Assembly (NCBI GenBank): GCA_028534125.1
Contig: CM052817.1
Span: forward strand, 20,276,001 to 20,340,000
Reading direction: 5' to 3'
Length of the DNA: 64,000 nucleotides
DNA from: Lama glama
Taxonomy: Eukaryota
Below the pieces are notes generated by a model. The model ran no database searches, was not told where the DNA came from, and worked only from the letters and a program-made list of their open reading frames with translations. A program made the translations under genes and the position numbers. Shown here piece by piece: positions 52,101 through 64,000 of the stretch (positions are counted from its first letter, which is position 1; the number at the start of each line of letters is the position of its first letter).

Positions 52101-54164
52101 ACAGAGTATTCAGAAAATGTCTGTTAACTGAGAAATGGGGAGTCCTGCTTAGTATTTGCCACAGTTACTAGTTCACATTTATGTCTGTGTTTATTTAAAT
52201 CAATGACACATGGTCTACACAAATTTTTGCTCATTACTAGACCCTCAGTATTTCCCATGATGCCTATCACACCATAAATTTTCATTAAAATTTTATATCT
52301 ATATCATACTTAAGTGCAAGGAGATATTTTGTGTTGCATTTGCAGACATCTTGGTACAAGAGCATTCTTTTCATTACACAGCAATTAATTGTTAATTAGT
52401 TTAAGTGTAATCCTATGTGTCCTGCACTATACACGATAATGAAGTTTGTATTCTACTGAGTTAGGAAATGAAACAATAAACAGATTAACAAAAAATAAAT
52501 ATGAATTCTCAAATCCATCACAGTAATTTTATATCTTTTAAAAAAGGGGCATCAGTCATCAGTTGGAGAACATGAGTATTGTGATTTTAAACTCTGAAAA
52601 TCATATCACCACAGCTTTGCATTAAAAACTGATTCGTCCAGAGCCAAAGCTAGCATGTGTCCTCGCAACCATTCAAACTAGGTCTTTTTGCACCATAGTT
52701 TGTTATGTCTTTCGTGCATAATGTATCCAAGGATAATCATGTTTAACCAAAAAGGATTATTCTAGGGTTAAAATTCGCATTGCATAAGCAAAGTACCTAG
52801 CACAGTACTTAGCATGATGCAAATATGTGTTCAAACAGCATTGGGCCCCTTAGCACAAGTACGAGAGTATCCAAACAGATCCCACTTCCTCTGCCTTTTT
52901 TTTTATTATTAGGTGGGGATGAGGGATGGAGGTTTGATTCAGAATGTATTCCAATGTTTTTCCAATTGGCCATAGGAAAAGGGACAAAAATGATAAAACG
53001 TATCTTAGGAGCTCGTTACAAAAGTATAATTGAGTAATTTCTAATCTTTTCCCAGCATCTGTTTCTCAGGAGTGTTACTGTCCTCATACTGACTTCCCTT
53101 GCCCAGGGTCTTCCAGTGCATATTCTACATGAGGTATCCACTGAAGTTGGAATGAATGGATATTTGTTCTACTCCCCAAATGAGACCAACAGAAATAAAC
53201 AAATAAGCAAACAAAGAAAAAAAAAAACAAAGAAGGAAATATACATATGGGTAATAAAAAGCAAAGTAATAAAATACAATATACTCTGAAATACAAGCAC
53301 CAGAAACCATACAATTTAGAATTAAATCAAGTGGTACCTCATGACTCTATATGCCTCTCCCCTGTCAGGAGAACAGCACACATGGGAGTAGAGAGTCCAA
53401 CAGCTCTTACTTAAAGAGAAAAGGAGGGGAACAACAACAACAACAACAAAACAGAGGAGCAAGAGAAGGGCACAAAAAATCGCAGAGCGAAAGCAAAGCA
53501 AAAGGAAGGAGGAGGGGAAGTAAATGGATTTCATTTTTTCTCAATCACTTCCTAACTGTGAGGAAAGAATGAAGGGAATTGAGTTCAAGCAGAGGCAGGA
53601 ATTACTCATCCGGGAACATGACTTAGAGCAGCTGAGCAAATACAAGGCAGGAGAAATAAAGGACAATCCATCAGTAAAAGAGCCCTTTGATGCAAGAGTC
53701 TTTACCGTGACCTAGACTCCTGCTGGGTGACATATACTCAACCTAAAGCAAGGAAAATAGACATCCACAAGCCCCTTTAACCTCTCCCCCTCTTGGGAAA
53801 AGGCTGGGATTCACCAGAGTGCAGGGGAAGTGCTGTCTGATGTACCCCTCTGGATCCTCTGAAATACAGGATTAATTGTAAGCTCATAAATGAGAAGCGT
53901 GCAGTTCCCAGCCCACATGCTAAAGCGATGCTTTAAACAGCACCCAGATAAGCAGTTGGAGTGAAGAAAGAAAACAAAAAAGTGGAGGAAAATGGCCTAA
54001 ATCATTCTACCCTTTTATAGATGAGAATCAAAAAGAGGCGCAAAAACCAGAGAAATGAAAAGCACCTAACTTGGGGACCATTTTCACAGGAGACTACTTG
54101 AATACTGAAGTTGAAGAACTAAGAAATGAGATTAGTCATATGATTGAGTGTATGGAGATAATTA

Positions 54165-54630
54165 TAACCAAATACTGCCTTTAAGGCATGTAGATTATCA
54201 TAACAGATGCTCACATCTACTATCTCACAGATCCCCAGGGTCAGGGGTCTGGCTACAGCACACTGGGGCGCCCTCTGCACAGGGTCTCAAGGTTGGTGGA
54301 AGAGGTACGATCTCATCTGTGGCTCTGGGTGCCAAGCTACTAGTGGAGCTTTTTCCAGGCTCCCTAGTGGTTGGTTGAATTCAGCTCCTTGCAGTTGTAG
54401 GAGTGAGGCCTTCAGCTACTAGAAGCTGCCCACAGTTCCTTGCCATCTGGCCCTCACAACATAGCAATTTGTTCTTCAAACCAATAGGCTAGTGTCTGCT
54501 GCTGTTTCAAGTGTCCTTTAAAGGGCTTGTCTGATTGGATCAGGTCCACCCAGAATGATCTCTCTTTTGATTAAGTTAGAATTAATTGATTGTGGTCTTT
54601 GATGATGCTTGCAAAACCCCTGGACCTTTA
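54165..54630 (-). mobile_element. MaLR LTR (MLT1E-like)
   Basis: tatctcacag...gggtcagg...gaattcagctccttgcagttgtaggagtgagg...ctgattggatcaggtccacccagaatgatctc...ttgcaaaaccc. Confidence 0.8.
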
Positions 54631-55110
54631 GCATTCTGGACCCCAGTACCCAGATGCTGTCAGTGCTTGAGATCCTTTGGCCATGTGAGTGCACACAGTT
54701 CCTGGCACATGTGCTTTTTTTTTTTTTTTCTTTTTCTCAAAGGCCTGTATTTGTAGGTCTTCCTCAGTGGGCTCCCCTCAGGCTGATGAGAGAGCCCACT
54801 CAACCTGCAGACACAGGGATTCATGGCTCCCGGTCTCAGTTCTTAACTCACGATTGACAGCTGTGAAGGACAGGGAGCTTAATACTCGGCTCTCTTGTTC
54901 CCACGTGGGACAACTATCGGTGTGAGCTTTGCTGCGGTGCTGTCTCTGTGCGCCGTGGCCTGGTACTGCAGCCTTGCTTGGTTTTCCTTCCCTTCTCCCT
55001 CTCACTCCCCTAGTCTTTTTCCTGGGAAAACATCCTCATAAACTTTTTTTTTTTACTTTCACGTGAATCCTCTTCTTAGGGCTGCTTCTGGAAATCTTAG
55101 CCCAAATCAC
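54630..55110 (+). mobile_element. ERVL solo LTR (LTR16A/B-like)
   Basis: cctcaggctgatgagagagcccactc...cttaatactcggctctcttg...gggacaact...ttcctgggaaaacatcctcataaac...cacgtgaatcctctt...ctgcttctgg. Confidence 0.7.
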
Positions 55111-55324
55111 CACATTAGAAGATCTTTTAAGTATCCACTCAACTTGAAATTCAGTCATCTTTATAATCTTATTTGTGCTAAAGTATTAGAGACTGCTAAC
55201 GGGTTATTACTTCCAGATAAGTTATTTGTGTGTTTATATCGTGGCATTCTGTAAACAAAGCCTCAGTATGAAGGAAAAAAACTGTTGGTTATTTCAGGCA
55301 TCCATAGCAAGCAAGCCAAAATAG

Positions 55325-55327
<3 letters not shown>

Positions 55328-55377
<50 letters not shown>
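55328..55377. repeat. (AC)n microsatellite, about 25 units
   Basis: Directly visible. Confidence 0.98.
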
Positions 55378-55379
<2 letters not shown>

Positions 55380-55719
55380 GATTGATTTCTTAAAAATGTC
55401 TCATAGGACAGAGTTACCTTTATTATTCAGTTTTAATTATTTGGTCATAACTCACATTAAGAGCCTTCAGTGACTGCTACTGGATCAGAGCATAGCTGTT
55501 TCTATTTCATTCATATGAGCATCTGGTGAGTACTGAAGACAGGTTTCAGCATGGGGATGGAGGGATGGAGAGGATGAAGAAACAACAGAACCCTATTTCA
55601 GTTCCTTAGTACAGCACCCATAGCCTAGAGAGGAGTACCAGCAGAGATCCAAGATGTATCCCCAGTCCACCCAGGCATCTCGACTGTGGCCACCTAAGCC
55701 AGCCCAGCAGCACTTCGAA

Positions 55720-56100
55720 ATACATTCCAAATTGGTCTCGTTTCCTGTCTTGAAACACAGCAAGCTATTTTCTACATATTAACTAAGGGAAGCTGCTTTA
55801 ATCATAAATTACATTATACACTTCACCATTTAGAATCTCGCAGTGGCTCCTCACTGCAGGAAGAAAAAAAATCAGTTTTTTTAAACAATGGCCTGCAGGG
55901 TTTCAAACCGAGCCCTGCTGACCTCCAGTGCTAACCAGTTAAAGGCAATACACTCCAGCCACACAGATGTCATTTCAGGTCCCTCATTCCTAACTCAGGG
56001 CGATTTCAAGATTTTGACAGTCTTGTTCATTGCTTTTTCCTCTATCTCTTAATAGTGACAAGGAATCTGTAAAGACTAAAATATAAATGAACGAATGAAG
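55720..56100 (+). mobile_element. L2 3' fragment
   Basis: cagtggctcctcactgc...aatggcctgcaggg...actccagccacac...tail aatgaacgaatgaa. Confidence 0.6.
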
Positions 56101-56259
56101 GCACAAATTAAAGAATCAATAGAAAGAATTTTTCGTTTCCTCTCTTCTATTGGTGGGAGTTGCACAATTTACATCCAAGTCCCAGTTAGAAACTTCTTGA
56201 TATTTTGACCTGCCAGCAGCTGGTGTCATGATTTAACCAGGTTAAAACCAGTCAGATAC

Positions 56260-56810
56260 AATATTCTTCCAGCAAATTGGCAAAGATGAAATGAAATTAC
56301 ATTATGAATATACAGGAATTTTTGAGAATGTAAGTGTACTTTGAGTACAGCAAGTGAGTAACAATTTGATTGGGCATATTACAAATAAGTTTTTAAGTAA
56401 AATGCCCTACCTTGGCATAGCAATTCTCTGTTAAGATATTTAGCCTAAGAAAATGGTGTATGTGTCAATACACATTTCAGCATTAAACCACTGGGCTAAT
56501 CAGTACAGAGATACACAAAGGAACCATATTTGACTAGTAAAAATGCTAAAGGCAAATATTTATTAGAATGAAAAATATTCCTAAAATATTGTTATGTCAA
56601 AAAAAGCAGTTACAATAAATATTCAATACTTCTCAATTTTTATAAAATAATATATGTGAGCAGGTATGTACCCAATAAATAATCTGAGAAGATGTATAAG
56701 ATACATCAATGGTAGCTAACTCCAGAAGATGAAATTTTAAGTTTATTTAATTTTCTTCATTTTGTTGATTTATATCTATACTGCATTTGTTTTCTTTAAA
56801 AATACATATT
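56260..56810 (+). mobile_element. Old L1 (L1ME-like) 3' fragment
   Basis: aattggcaaagat...tagcaattctctgttaaga...aaaagcagttacaa. Confidence 0.45.
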
Positions 56811-56859
56811 TTACATTTTTTTAAAAACGTAGTCACAGATACCCTAATACTGAATCCTC

Positions 56860-57324
56860 TGCATGCAGACAGAATAATGCACCACCCAAATATGTTCATA
56901 TCCTAATTGCCAGAACTTGCGAAGATGTCATATTACATGGCCAAAAGGACATTGCAGATGTGATTAAGTTAAAAATCTGGACATGAGAAGATTATTCTGC
57001 CCATTAAATTGTTGAGCTGAATGTAATTGTCATTAACAAAGGTTCTTACAAGAGGGATGAAGTAGGGTCAGATTAATAAAGAAGGAAATATGAGGAAAAA
57101 GCAGAGGTTGGGACACAAACTAAGGATATATTTGTGAGCAGTTCCTAGAAGTTGGAGAAGGCAAGAAAAACGATTCCTCCCTAATGCTTCCAGAAGGAAC
57201 ACAGAGCCCTGCCAACCCATTCTAGACTTCTGACATCCAGAAATGTAGAATAATGTGTGAGGTTTTTTTTTTAAGTCACTGGGTTTGGGATAATTTATTA
57301 GTACACCAATAGGAAACAAATGCA
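56860..57324 (+). mobile_element. MaLR solo LTR (MLT1D-like)
   Basis: cagaataatg...tattacatggccaaaaggacattgcagatgtgattaagttaa...ctagaagttggagaaggcaagaaaa...cttccagaaggaacac...gacttctgacatccagaa...ataggaaacaaatgca. Confidence 0.88.
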
Positions 57325-58849
57325 CCCAGCCATACAAACGTTAAGACAAATTAAAAGAATATTTAGCACAATAAAAATATTCATAGAGATCCATACAGAC
57401 AAGGGTACTAAAATCACGTCTTGTTGATATTCAAATACAAATTTTTGAGCCTATTTCTTCAGGTATCCAATACTCACACCAAGATTTATACGGAGATATC
57501 CCAGAAATAGTACTGAAGCACCCATGTCAATAACAAAAACATTTGCACTACTCAGACACAGATATGAGCACTCTAGAGCATCCTCTACCACATCAGCAGT
57601 GCTGTTCCCTTCCAAGCTTTTCCTTCAAGTTTGCTTTACTAGCTTATTTTAATCATTATTTTTAGCTTGAATAAAAATGATAAGGGGGACAAATGAGTAA
57701 TTTACTCCTGGACCTGCCAAGTAGAAAATGTGGTCATTACCTGCTTTTTTTCAAAACACAAAGGCATGAGTTTGTGATTTGGTAACACTTGTCTCCCCCA
57801 AGATATGTAAATCTAATAGCAAGTAAGTGGAAATATTTTTAGCCTACTTCAGAAACGTGGTTGTTTAGAAGTATTCTTCTCCAAACCCTATGATCACGGA
57901 AAGCTTAGGGATTTTTTTTTTCTTTCCACTGCTGGCATGCAGAAACAGCATGCCAACTTTGAAGCAGGAGGAAGTGTATATTTTTCATGTTTTTCTTCTT
58001 TCAAAAATTACTCAACTGATTACCCTAATGGCATTAAAAAAATTCTACTTTTGGGCTGAAGTCAAACATTTTAAACTTAACAGTATTAATGTTTGAGTAA
58101 CTAAAAAGGTTTTGGATAAAGTGCTATTTACTAATCAGCTAATTTTGGATGGTTGTTACTGCTTTCCTTCATTTTATAATCTGTGCTGTCATTCTGGATT
58201 CAAAGCTGTGGCAGTTGATGGGGATGTGGTCCAAACTGCAGAGCAGTGCAAAGAACCCTGAACAACTGAAAGGTAGCCTTGGACTAAATTATGAAATTGA
58301 CAAATGTGTGTTGTTTCCTCCTTATGACCCCCTTGATCTGGTTACTTTGAAGCAACCCAGCACCCACGCTCACATCTCTGCCCTGTGGCTCTCCCACGAC
58401 CCACACCTTTGTGATCCAAGTGGCTTTCGTGCTTTTATCCACAGAGGAGAATGTGCCTTCTTCCTTTCTCACTTAGGACTTTGTCAAGTAATTTGTCTAA
58501 AAAGACTGCTGAAACTTCCAATTAAGGTGGTTTTGTGAGCACATACTTTGTCATTCCCCTTTCACAACAAACACTGTTACAAGAAATCAGAAGAATCAGC
58601 ACTGTATAAATTCAAAACAGTGTCTCAGTGCATGTGAAGGGGAACAGACGCACAGAGCAGCAAGCGAAGGTTGTAGGACCACAGGACCCGGGTCCAGGAT
58701 CAGGCAGACACAGAGTTTATTTCCTTCAAGTTTCCCCATTTGAGGTAAACATTTCAACCGTGTGCGTTGCAGGAAAATAGGTAACACAGATTAGGTCTCT
58801 ACAAACGGGAAGTCCATCTACACATTTTTATCTTTCTGCTAGGTTAGTA

Positions 58850-59140
58850 TTTTTTGTTTTGTTTTTTATTGAAGTATAGTTGATCTACAATGTTGTGTTA
58901 ATTTCTCATGTACAGTATAGTGATTCATTTATACATATATATACACATTCCTTTTCATATTCTTTTTCATTATATGCTATTACAAAGTATTGAATATAGT
59001 TCTCTGTGCTATACAGTAAGACCTTGCTGTTTTTCTGTTTTATAGATAGTAGTTAGTATTTGCAAATCCCAAACTCCCAATATATTCCTCTCCACTCCCT
59101 TTTCCCCCTGCTAACCATAAGTTTGTTTTCTATGTATGTG
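58850..59140 (-). mobile_element. Cetartiodactyl-type L1 3' end
   Basis: ttttattgaagtatagttgatctacaatgttgtgtta...ttgaatatagttctctgtgctatacagta...aatcccaaactcccaat...taaccataagtttgttttctatgt. Confidence 0.92.
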
Positions 59141-59149
59141 GCTTGGCTT

Positions 59150-61110
59150 GTTTGTGCTGTCTAAGAAACCTTACTTTATCCCATGATTACAAAGATTTTC
59201 TCTATGTTTATCCATAAATATTACAGTTTTAGCTTTTACACGTAGGTCTATGATTCTTTGGAAATTAATTTTCATGTTTTATGAGCTTTGGCATGAAGTT
59301 AATGTTCTTTTGTGTGTTAATCCAGTTTTGGTAGTACAATTTCTTGAAAAGTTTATACTTTTATCTTTAATTAGTACAGTGACTGTCAAAAATCAACTAA
59401 ATTGCATACATGTGGCTCTATTTCTGGGCTCTCTATTCAGATTTAATGACATTTGTCGTTACACAAATTCCACACTGTATTGCTTAATGTAGCCTGGTAA
59501 GTCTTAAAGTCAGGTAGGATAAATCCTCAAATTTTATTATTTTTATCAGAAGTGTTTAGGTATACTAGATCTTTACATTCCCATATATTTCAGAATTAAT
59601 TTATTCATTTTTATTAAAAATGTTTCCAGGATTTCGACTGGATTTTTAAAATCTATAGATCAATTTGAGGAGAAATGATAACAATATTGAGACTTCTATA
59701 ATCTATAAGATATATGTATGTATCTCCAGTTATTTAGAACTTTGATTTCAACAAAGCTTGTATTTTTGTAGTGTGGAAGTTTTGGATGCTATTGTAAATT
59801 TTACTGTTTATTTATGTTTCTTTTTTCCAACTGTTGCTATAATAAAAATAAAACTGAATTTTGTATATTGATTTTGTATCCTATAGTCTTGCTAAGTTCA
59901 CTGATTAGTTCCAGAAATTTAGTACCAGTATTGTAGTGAATTACTTAGAATATTCTATGCAGACTCTCATACTGTCCATGAATAAAGACAATCGTCAACA
60001 TTTTTTTTTCCTTTCCTTATTGTACCAGCTGGGTCTTCCAATCTCATGTTGAACCAAAATGGTAAGAATTAACATCTCTGCCCATTTTTTTTTTAGAGGA
60101 AACATATTCAGTACATCACTATTTAGGATGAGGTTACCATAGACGTTTATAGATGCTATATACGTGGACTTGGTCTCTGTAACAAAGTACCACAGACTGG
60201 GTGGCTTAAATAGAAGATCTTTTTTTACTCACAGTTGTGGACGCTGGAAGTCCAAGATCAAGGTGCCAGCAAGGTTGGTTCCTGGTGAAGCCCTTTCCTG
60301 GCTTGCAGCTGGCACTTTCTCACTGTGTCCTCACACAGCCGTTCCTCTGTGCAGAGAGGGAGAGAGAGAGAGAGAGAGAGGTCTCTTCCTGGTCTTATAA
60401 GGCCAAAAATCCTAACTGATTAAGGCCCCACCCTATGACCTCATCTAGCCTTAATTACCTCCTAATGGCACTTTCTCCAAATACAGTCACATTTGGAGTG
60501 AGGACTTCAAAATATGAATTTGGGAGAAAACACAATTCAGTCCATAACAAATGTCCTTTAATACATTGTAAAGATCTCATCAGTTTCTGGGTAGCTGAGG
60601 TATTTGATCATGAAAGAATGTAGAATTATGTCAAATAACTTGTTTGTATCTATTCAGATGCAAATTATATTGAGATGGTAAATTACATTGTTTGATTTAT
60701 GAATATTAAAAGAATTTTGCATTTCTGTGATAAATCCCACCTGTTCATGATGTATTTATTCTTTCATATAGGTTATTGAGCATTTTTGTATCTATGTGGT
60801 TGAGCAACAGTGATTTGTAATTTTCTTGTAATGTCAAGAAATATCTGGTTTTGTAATATCAGGTATGGCTATCATCATGTGGGTTTATAAAGTAAATTAG
60901 AAAAGATTTCGTCCTTCTGAATTTTCTGAAAGACTTTTTATAAGATTGGTATTACTTGTTCCTGAAACTTTTGATAGAATTTATCTGTGAAACCATCATG
61001 GCCTGGAGTTTTCTTTATAAGAAAGTTTTCTTAGCAATTTCAATTAGATATAGGGCTTTAGATACAGATATTAGATATATTCATATTTTCAATTTCTTTT
61101 TTAGTCAGCT
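59150..61110 (-). mobile_element. Old L1 ORF2 fragment, interrupted by an MLT1A0 LTR
   Basis: aagattttctctatgtt...tctatttctgggctctctattc...aatctatagatcaattt...gataaatcccac...ctgtgaaaccatc...ggcctggagtttt. Confidence 0.82.
60157..60549 (-). mobile_element. MaLR solo LTR (MLT1A0-like) nested in L1
   Basis: tgtaacaaagtaccacagactgggtggcttaaa...gctggaagtccaagatcaaggtgccagc...ggccccaccctatgacctcatc...cacaattcagtccataaca. Confidence 0.92.
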
Positions 61111-61114
61111 TTAA

Positions 61115-61510
61115 TATAGGTAGACAATGCTAATAAGAAAAACTTAGCAAAGGTACACTCACAGAAACATTAAAAATACATAATTTAAAACAGTATTGCA
61201 GGCAAAAGGTTAAGAAGAAGCTAGTGTAACTATATTTGTATCAGTAAGTTAGAATTAAAGAAAGTATTAGTACAAAGATGTAAAATTCATTAGAAAATAT
61301 AACAATTTTATATTTTTGAGCCTATTATAAGACATTAAAGTATATAAGGTAAATACTAACAGAACTGCAAGGAGAAACTGACACATTTATCATTGTAGTA
61401 GATTTCGGCACACCTCTCTCAGAAGTTGATTTATCAATTCAACAAACAAGTAGAAAGATTTTGAATAGCAAACAAGCTTAACCTAATAAATGTATAGGGA
61501 ATTTGTTTTC
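61115..61510 (+). mobile_element. Old L1 ORF2 endonuclease-region fragment, opposite orientation to its neighbour
   Basis: gaagctagtgtaactatatt...aacagaactgcaaggagaaactgaca...agatttcggcacacctctctcag. Confidence 0.7.
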
Positions 61511-62635
61511 AAAAATATAATAATAGAAAATGAGCTTCATGATACTTTTATATATACTTCAAAGCCTTGCTTTCAAATTTAGATCCTAAAATAATAAAAT
61601 ACAGTTCTACTGTACCTTCACCACAATATGCAACTTTTCAGCAGTCACTATTTTGTTTTCTACTTCTTAGGAAGCAATAAAAATGCCATTGCTAAGAACT
61701 GTCTGTAAATTTAACAGCATATTTATAAATATAAATGGAACATTAATGTAGAGAAAGAATACTCATATATTAAAATTTCATAGTTCATCTAGATTTTGAT
61801 AAAGTTTTTATCAAAATATATTTTCTGAAAAAAATCAAATAAAACTTTAATGCAGCTAATAAGCAGCACGTAAAAATAACACTGGAACAGAACACATGCC
61901 ATGGCACTAGAGTTACTCAAATTTAGCTAAGAAAAGAACGATTTTTATTCTATTATAATACTGAGTGTATTTGGAGAGAAAACAACTTATAAAATACTAT
62001 AATGCAGTGCATTCCAGCAAGAGAGAGCATATTCCTTTGTTTTTAAACAATTTGCAAAAATGTTAGATGTACTGCTTTATACCAGTGAAATATCTTGCTA
62101 CTATATCAATACAAAATGCTTCTAGTAATGTCCTAAATGATGCACAAGACAGCATATTTATTGGTTGTAAAAGTATGTTCGTAGGCTTAACTTTACCACT
62201 TTAATGGAGCAATAATTTACAGGCTGCTACAACCTGAAAAATAACTCGTGGTTTAAACCAGATTAAAGCCACAATTGATACTGAGGACTGCTGGCAAATT
62301 TCCCAATCCATTACTGTTTGCAGATATTGAATGGTTGTTGCCAATATTTGTCATAAAGGAGATGCAAAAATATATGGAGCACTGTTCTCTTCATTTTTTG
62401 ATGTCTGCTTATTGAACAAATGCTGGGAATGTGGGATTGATGTTCTTAACTGAGAAAAGTACATTATCTTAGCATTTGAGAATCAAGTAGGATTTCATTT
62501 AATGAAAATAGTATAGCAAGAACCTCATGATTTCTAACTGTTACTCATTAACACTAGTTCCTATCCATATGGATAGCATAGGACTCTGTAGAGTTTATGT
62601 CTGCATATTTGCTGCTTCTCTTACCCATCAGTTTC

Positions 62636-62766
62636 TTTTTCTTTCTAATTTTTAAAAATTTTTATTGGGGGGAGGTAATTAGGTTTATTTCTTTTACTTT
62701 TTAATGGAGGTACTGGGAATTGCACCCAGGGCCTTGTGCATGCTACCACTGAGTATACCCTCTCCT
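62636..62766 (-). mobile_element. Camelid tRNA-derived SINE (Vic-1-like), internally deleted
   Basis: gggggaggtaattaggttt...ggaggtactgggaattgcacccaggg...ccactgagtataccctc. Perfect 12-bp TSD cccatcagtttc (62624-62635, 62767-62778). Confidence 0.88.
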
Positions 62767-63936
62767 CCCATCAGTTTCCTTCAAATCTCCAAGCTTTGAG
62801 TGAGAAAATGATTTAACTCTGAAACAAGAAGCCAGAGCCGTTCTGCTATGCTGCCCCCACTTCACCTTCTGGAGGGCCTGAAGAATAAAAACTTCCTTCT
62901 ACCTCTTTCTCATAGGGTGAGACTGTGTCACAGGACCAGCCCTAATTTCAAGGGAAACAGCCTTTTTCAAGTTGCGCACTTAGCAATCCCAAACAATAAT
63001 CAGTTTCTGCCAATGAAAAAAAGAGCAAATGAATACTGGGTAGGCATCTACCATTATCTGCCTTAGTAATCATGATCTAACATGATTAATATTTGACTTA
63101 CTGTCTTCTTGTTTCACAACAAAAGTCTCCCCACCCCCCATATCACCTACTCTTCAACCTGGAAAAATTTTGGAAAAGTCAGAGACCTGTCAGCAAGAGG
63201 TAAGGGGAGAATCTACCTTAAAATCCTCAGGGCATCTATCTCCAAAGACCCTTTCTTTCCTTAGATCCAAATGATTTTTAAGAGTAGTTTTAGGATTTCT
63301 ATGTACATGACAGATCAATTACTTGGAGAACTGTGAGAAATAGTTTGTGGTTTTCTCTGAATTTTTATAAAAATAGAAACTAGTTTTATTATTAAGCCAT
63401 TGTAATACAAAATTCAAATCCACAGCTTTACACTAGATCTGGATTCTTTGTTAAGAGGCAGGGCTTCATTGGTAGTCAATGTCTCTGTTTTGTTCATTTA
63501 TTTATTGTTTTCATGTGGCTTTTTATTTGTTCTCTTGCATTCAGACATTTCTTGTGAGAAATTAAACTTTACAGCTCATTTGAAGCATCCTTTGTACTCT
63601 TTCCTGGTTTCTCCTTTTCTACCTATATATAGACTGGAGCATGAATTTGGAACAATTTTGATGGTAAACTGTTGTGATTATTGAATCCCCAGGTTTGGAA
63701 TGATTTTCACAGGTTTGTGGAATATCCTATATTATGTCCTCATGACTCATACAACTGTAGAAGTTTAAGCTCACTTGCCCAGCCTTCCTTGTCTCTAGGG
63801 TCTGTCAGTCAGAAGTAATTCTGTAAAATGGGTTTAAAAGTATGATCAAACAAGTGTTGCAAGAAATACATTCTGGAAAGGGTGCTTAGCAAGATCCAAC
63901 TTGCAGTGACTGTATCAGGAAAGGTTCCAGCAAAAG

Positions 63937-64000
63937 CATTGACAGATGACTGGATAAAGAAGTTGTGGTATACAATGGAATACTACTCGGTCATAAAAAA
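63937..64000 (+). mobile_element. L1 ORF2 3' region, cut by the window edge
   Basis: cattgacagatgactggataaagaagttgtggtat...acaatggaatactactcgg. Confidence 0.8.

Noticed and set aside
58149..58538. 129-aa ORF (also 121 aa at 10013, 111 aa at 30342, 110 aa at 37373)
   Set aside because: No recognisable domain or exon structure; several overlap repeats; lengths are compatible with chance in 64 kb.

Overview
AT-rich, CpG-poor mammalian genomic DNA. Two copies of a camelid-type tRNA-derived SINE (Vic-1-like) and camelid/cetartiodactyl-type L1 3' ends suggest a camelid (alpaca/camel). The window looks intergenic or deep-intronic. I recognise no protein-coding gene, RNA gene, CpG island or CRISPR array, and the ORF track is explained by chance ORFs, microsatellites and two 500-N gaps. 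Most identifiable content is layered transposable-element fossils: L1 (including a ~5 kb degenerate copy with an LTR nested in it), L2, MIR, MaLR/ERVL/ERV1 solo LTRs and microsatellites. I found no evidence of a new biological system. The best leads are modest: a ~190 bp LTR-like piece inserted with L1 hallmarks (A-rich tail, 17-bp TSD), two L1 copies with T10 instead of poly(A) tails, a possible ancient tRNA-headed SINE relic next to a motif cluster, a 500-N gap that is probably ~1 bp, and a few splice-site-bounded exon candidates. Repeat family names are recalled from memory and element boundaries are approximate unless a TSD is quoted.
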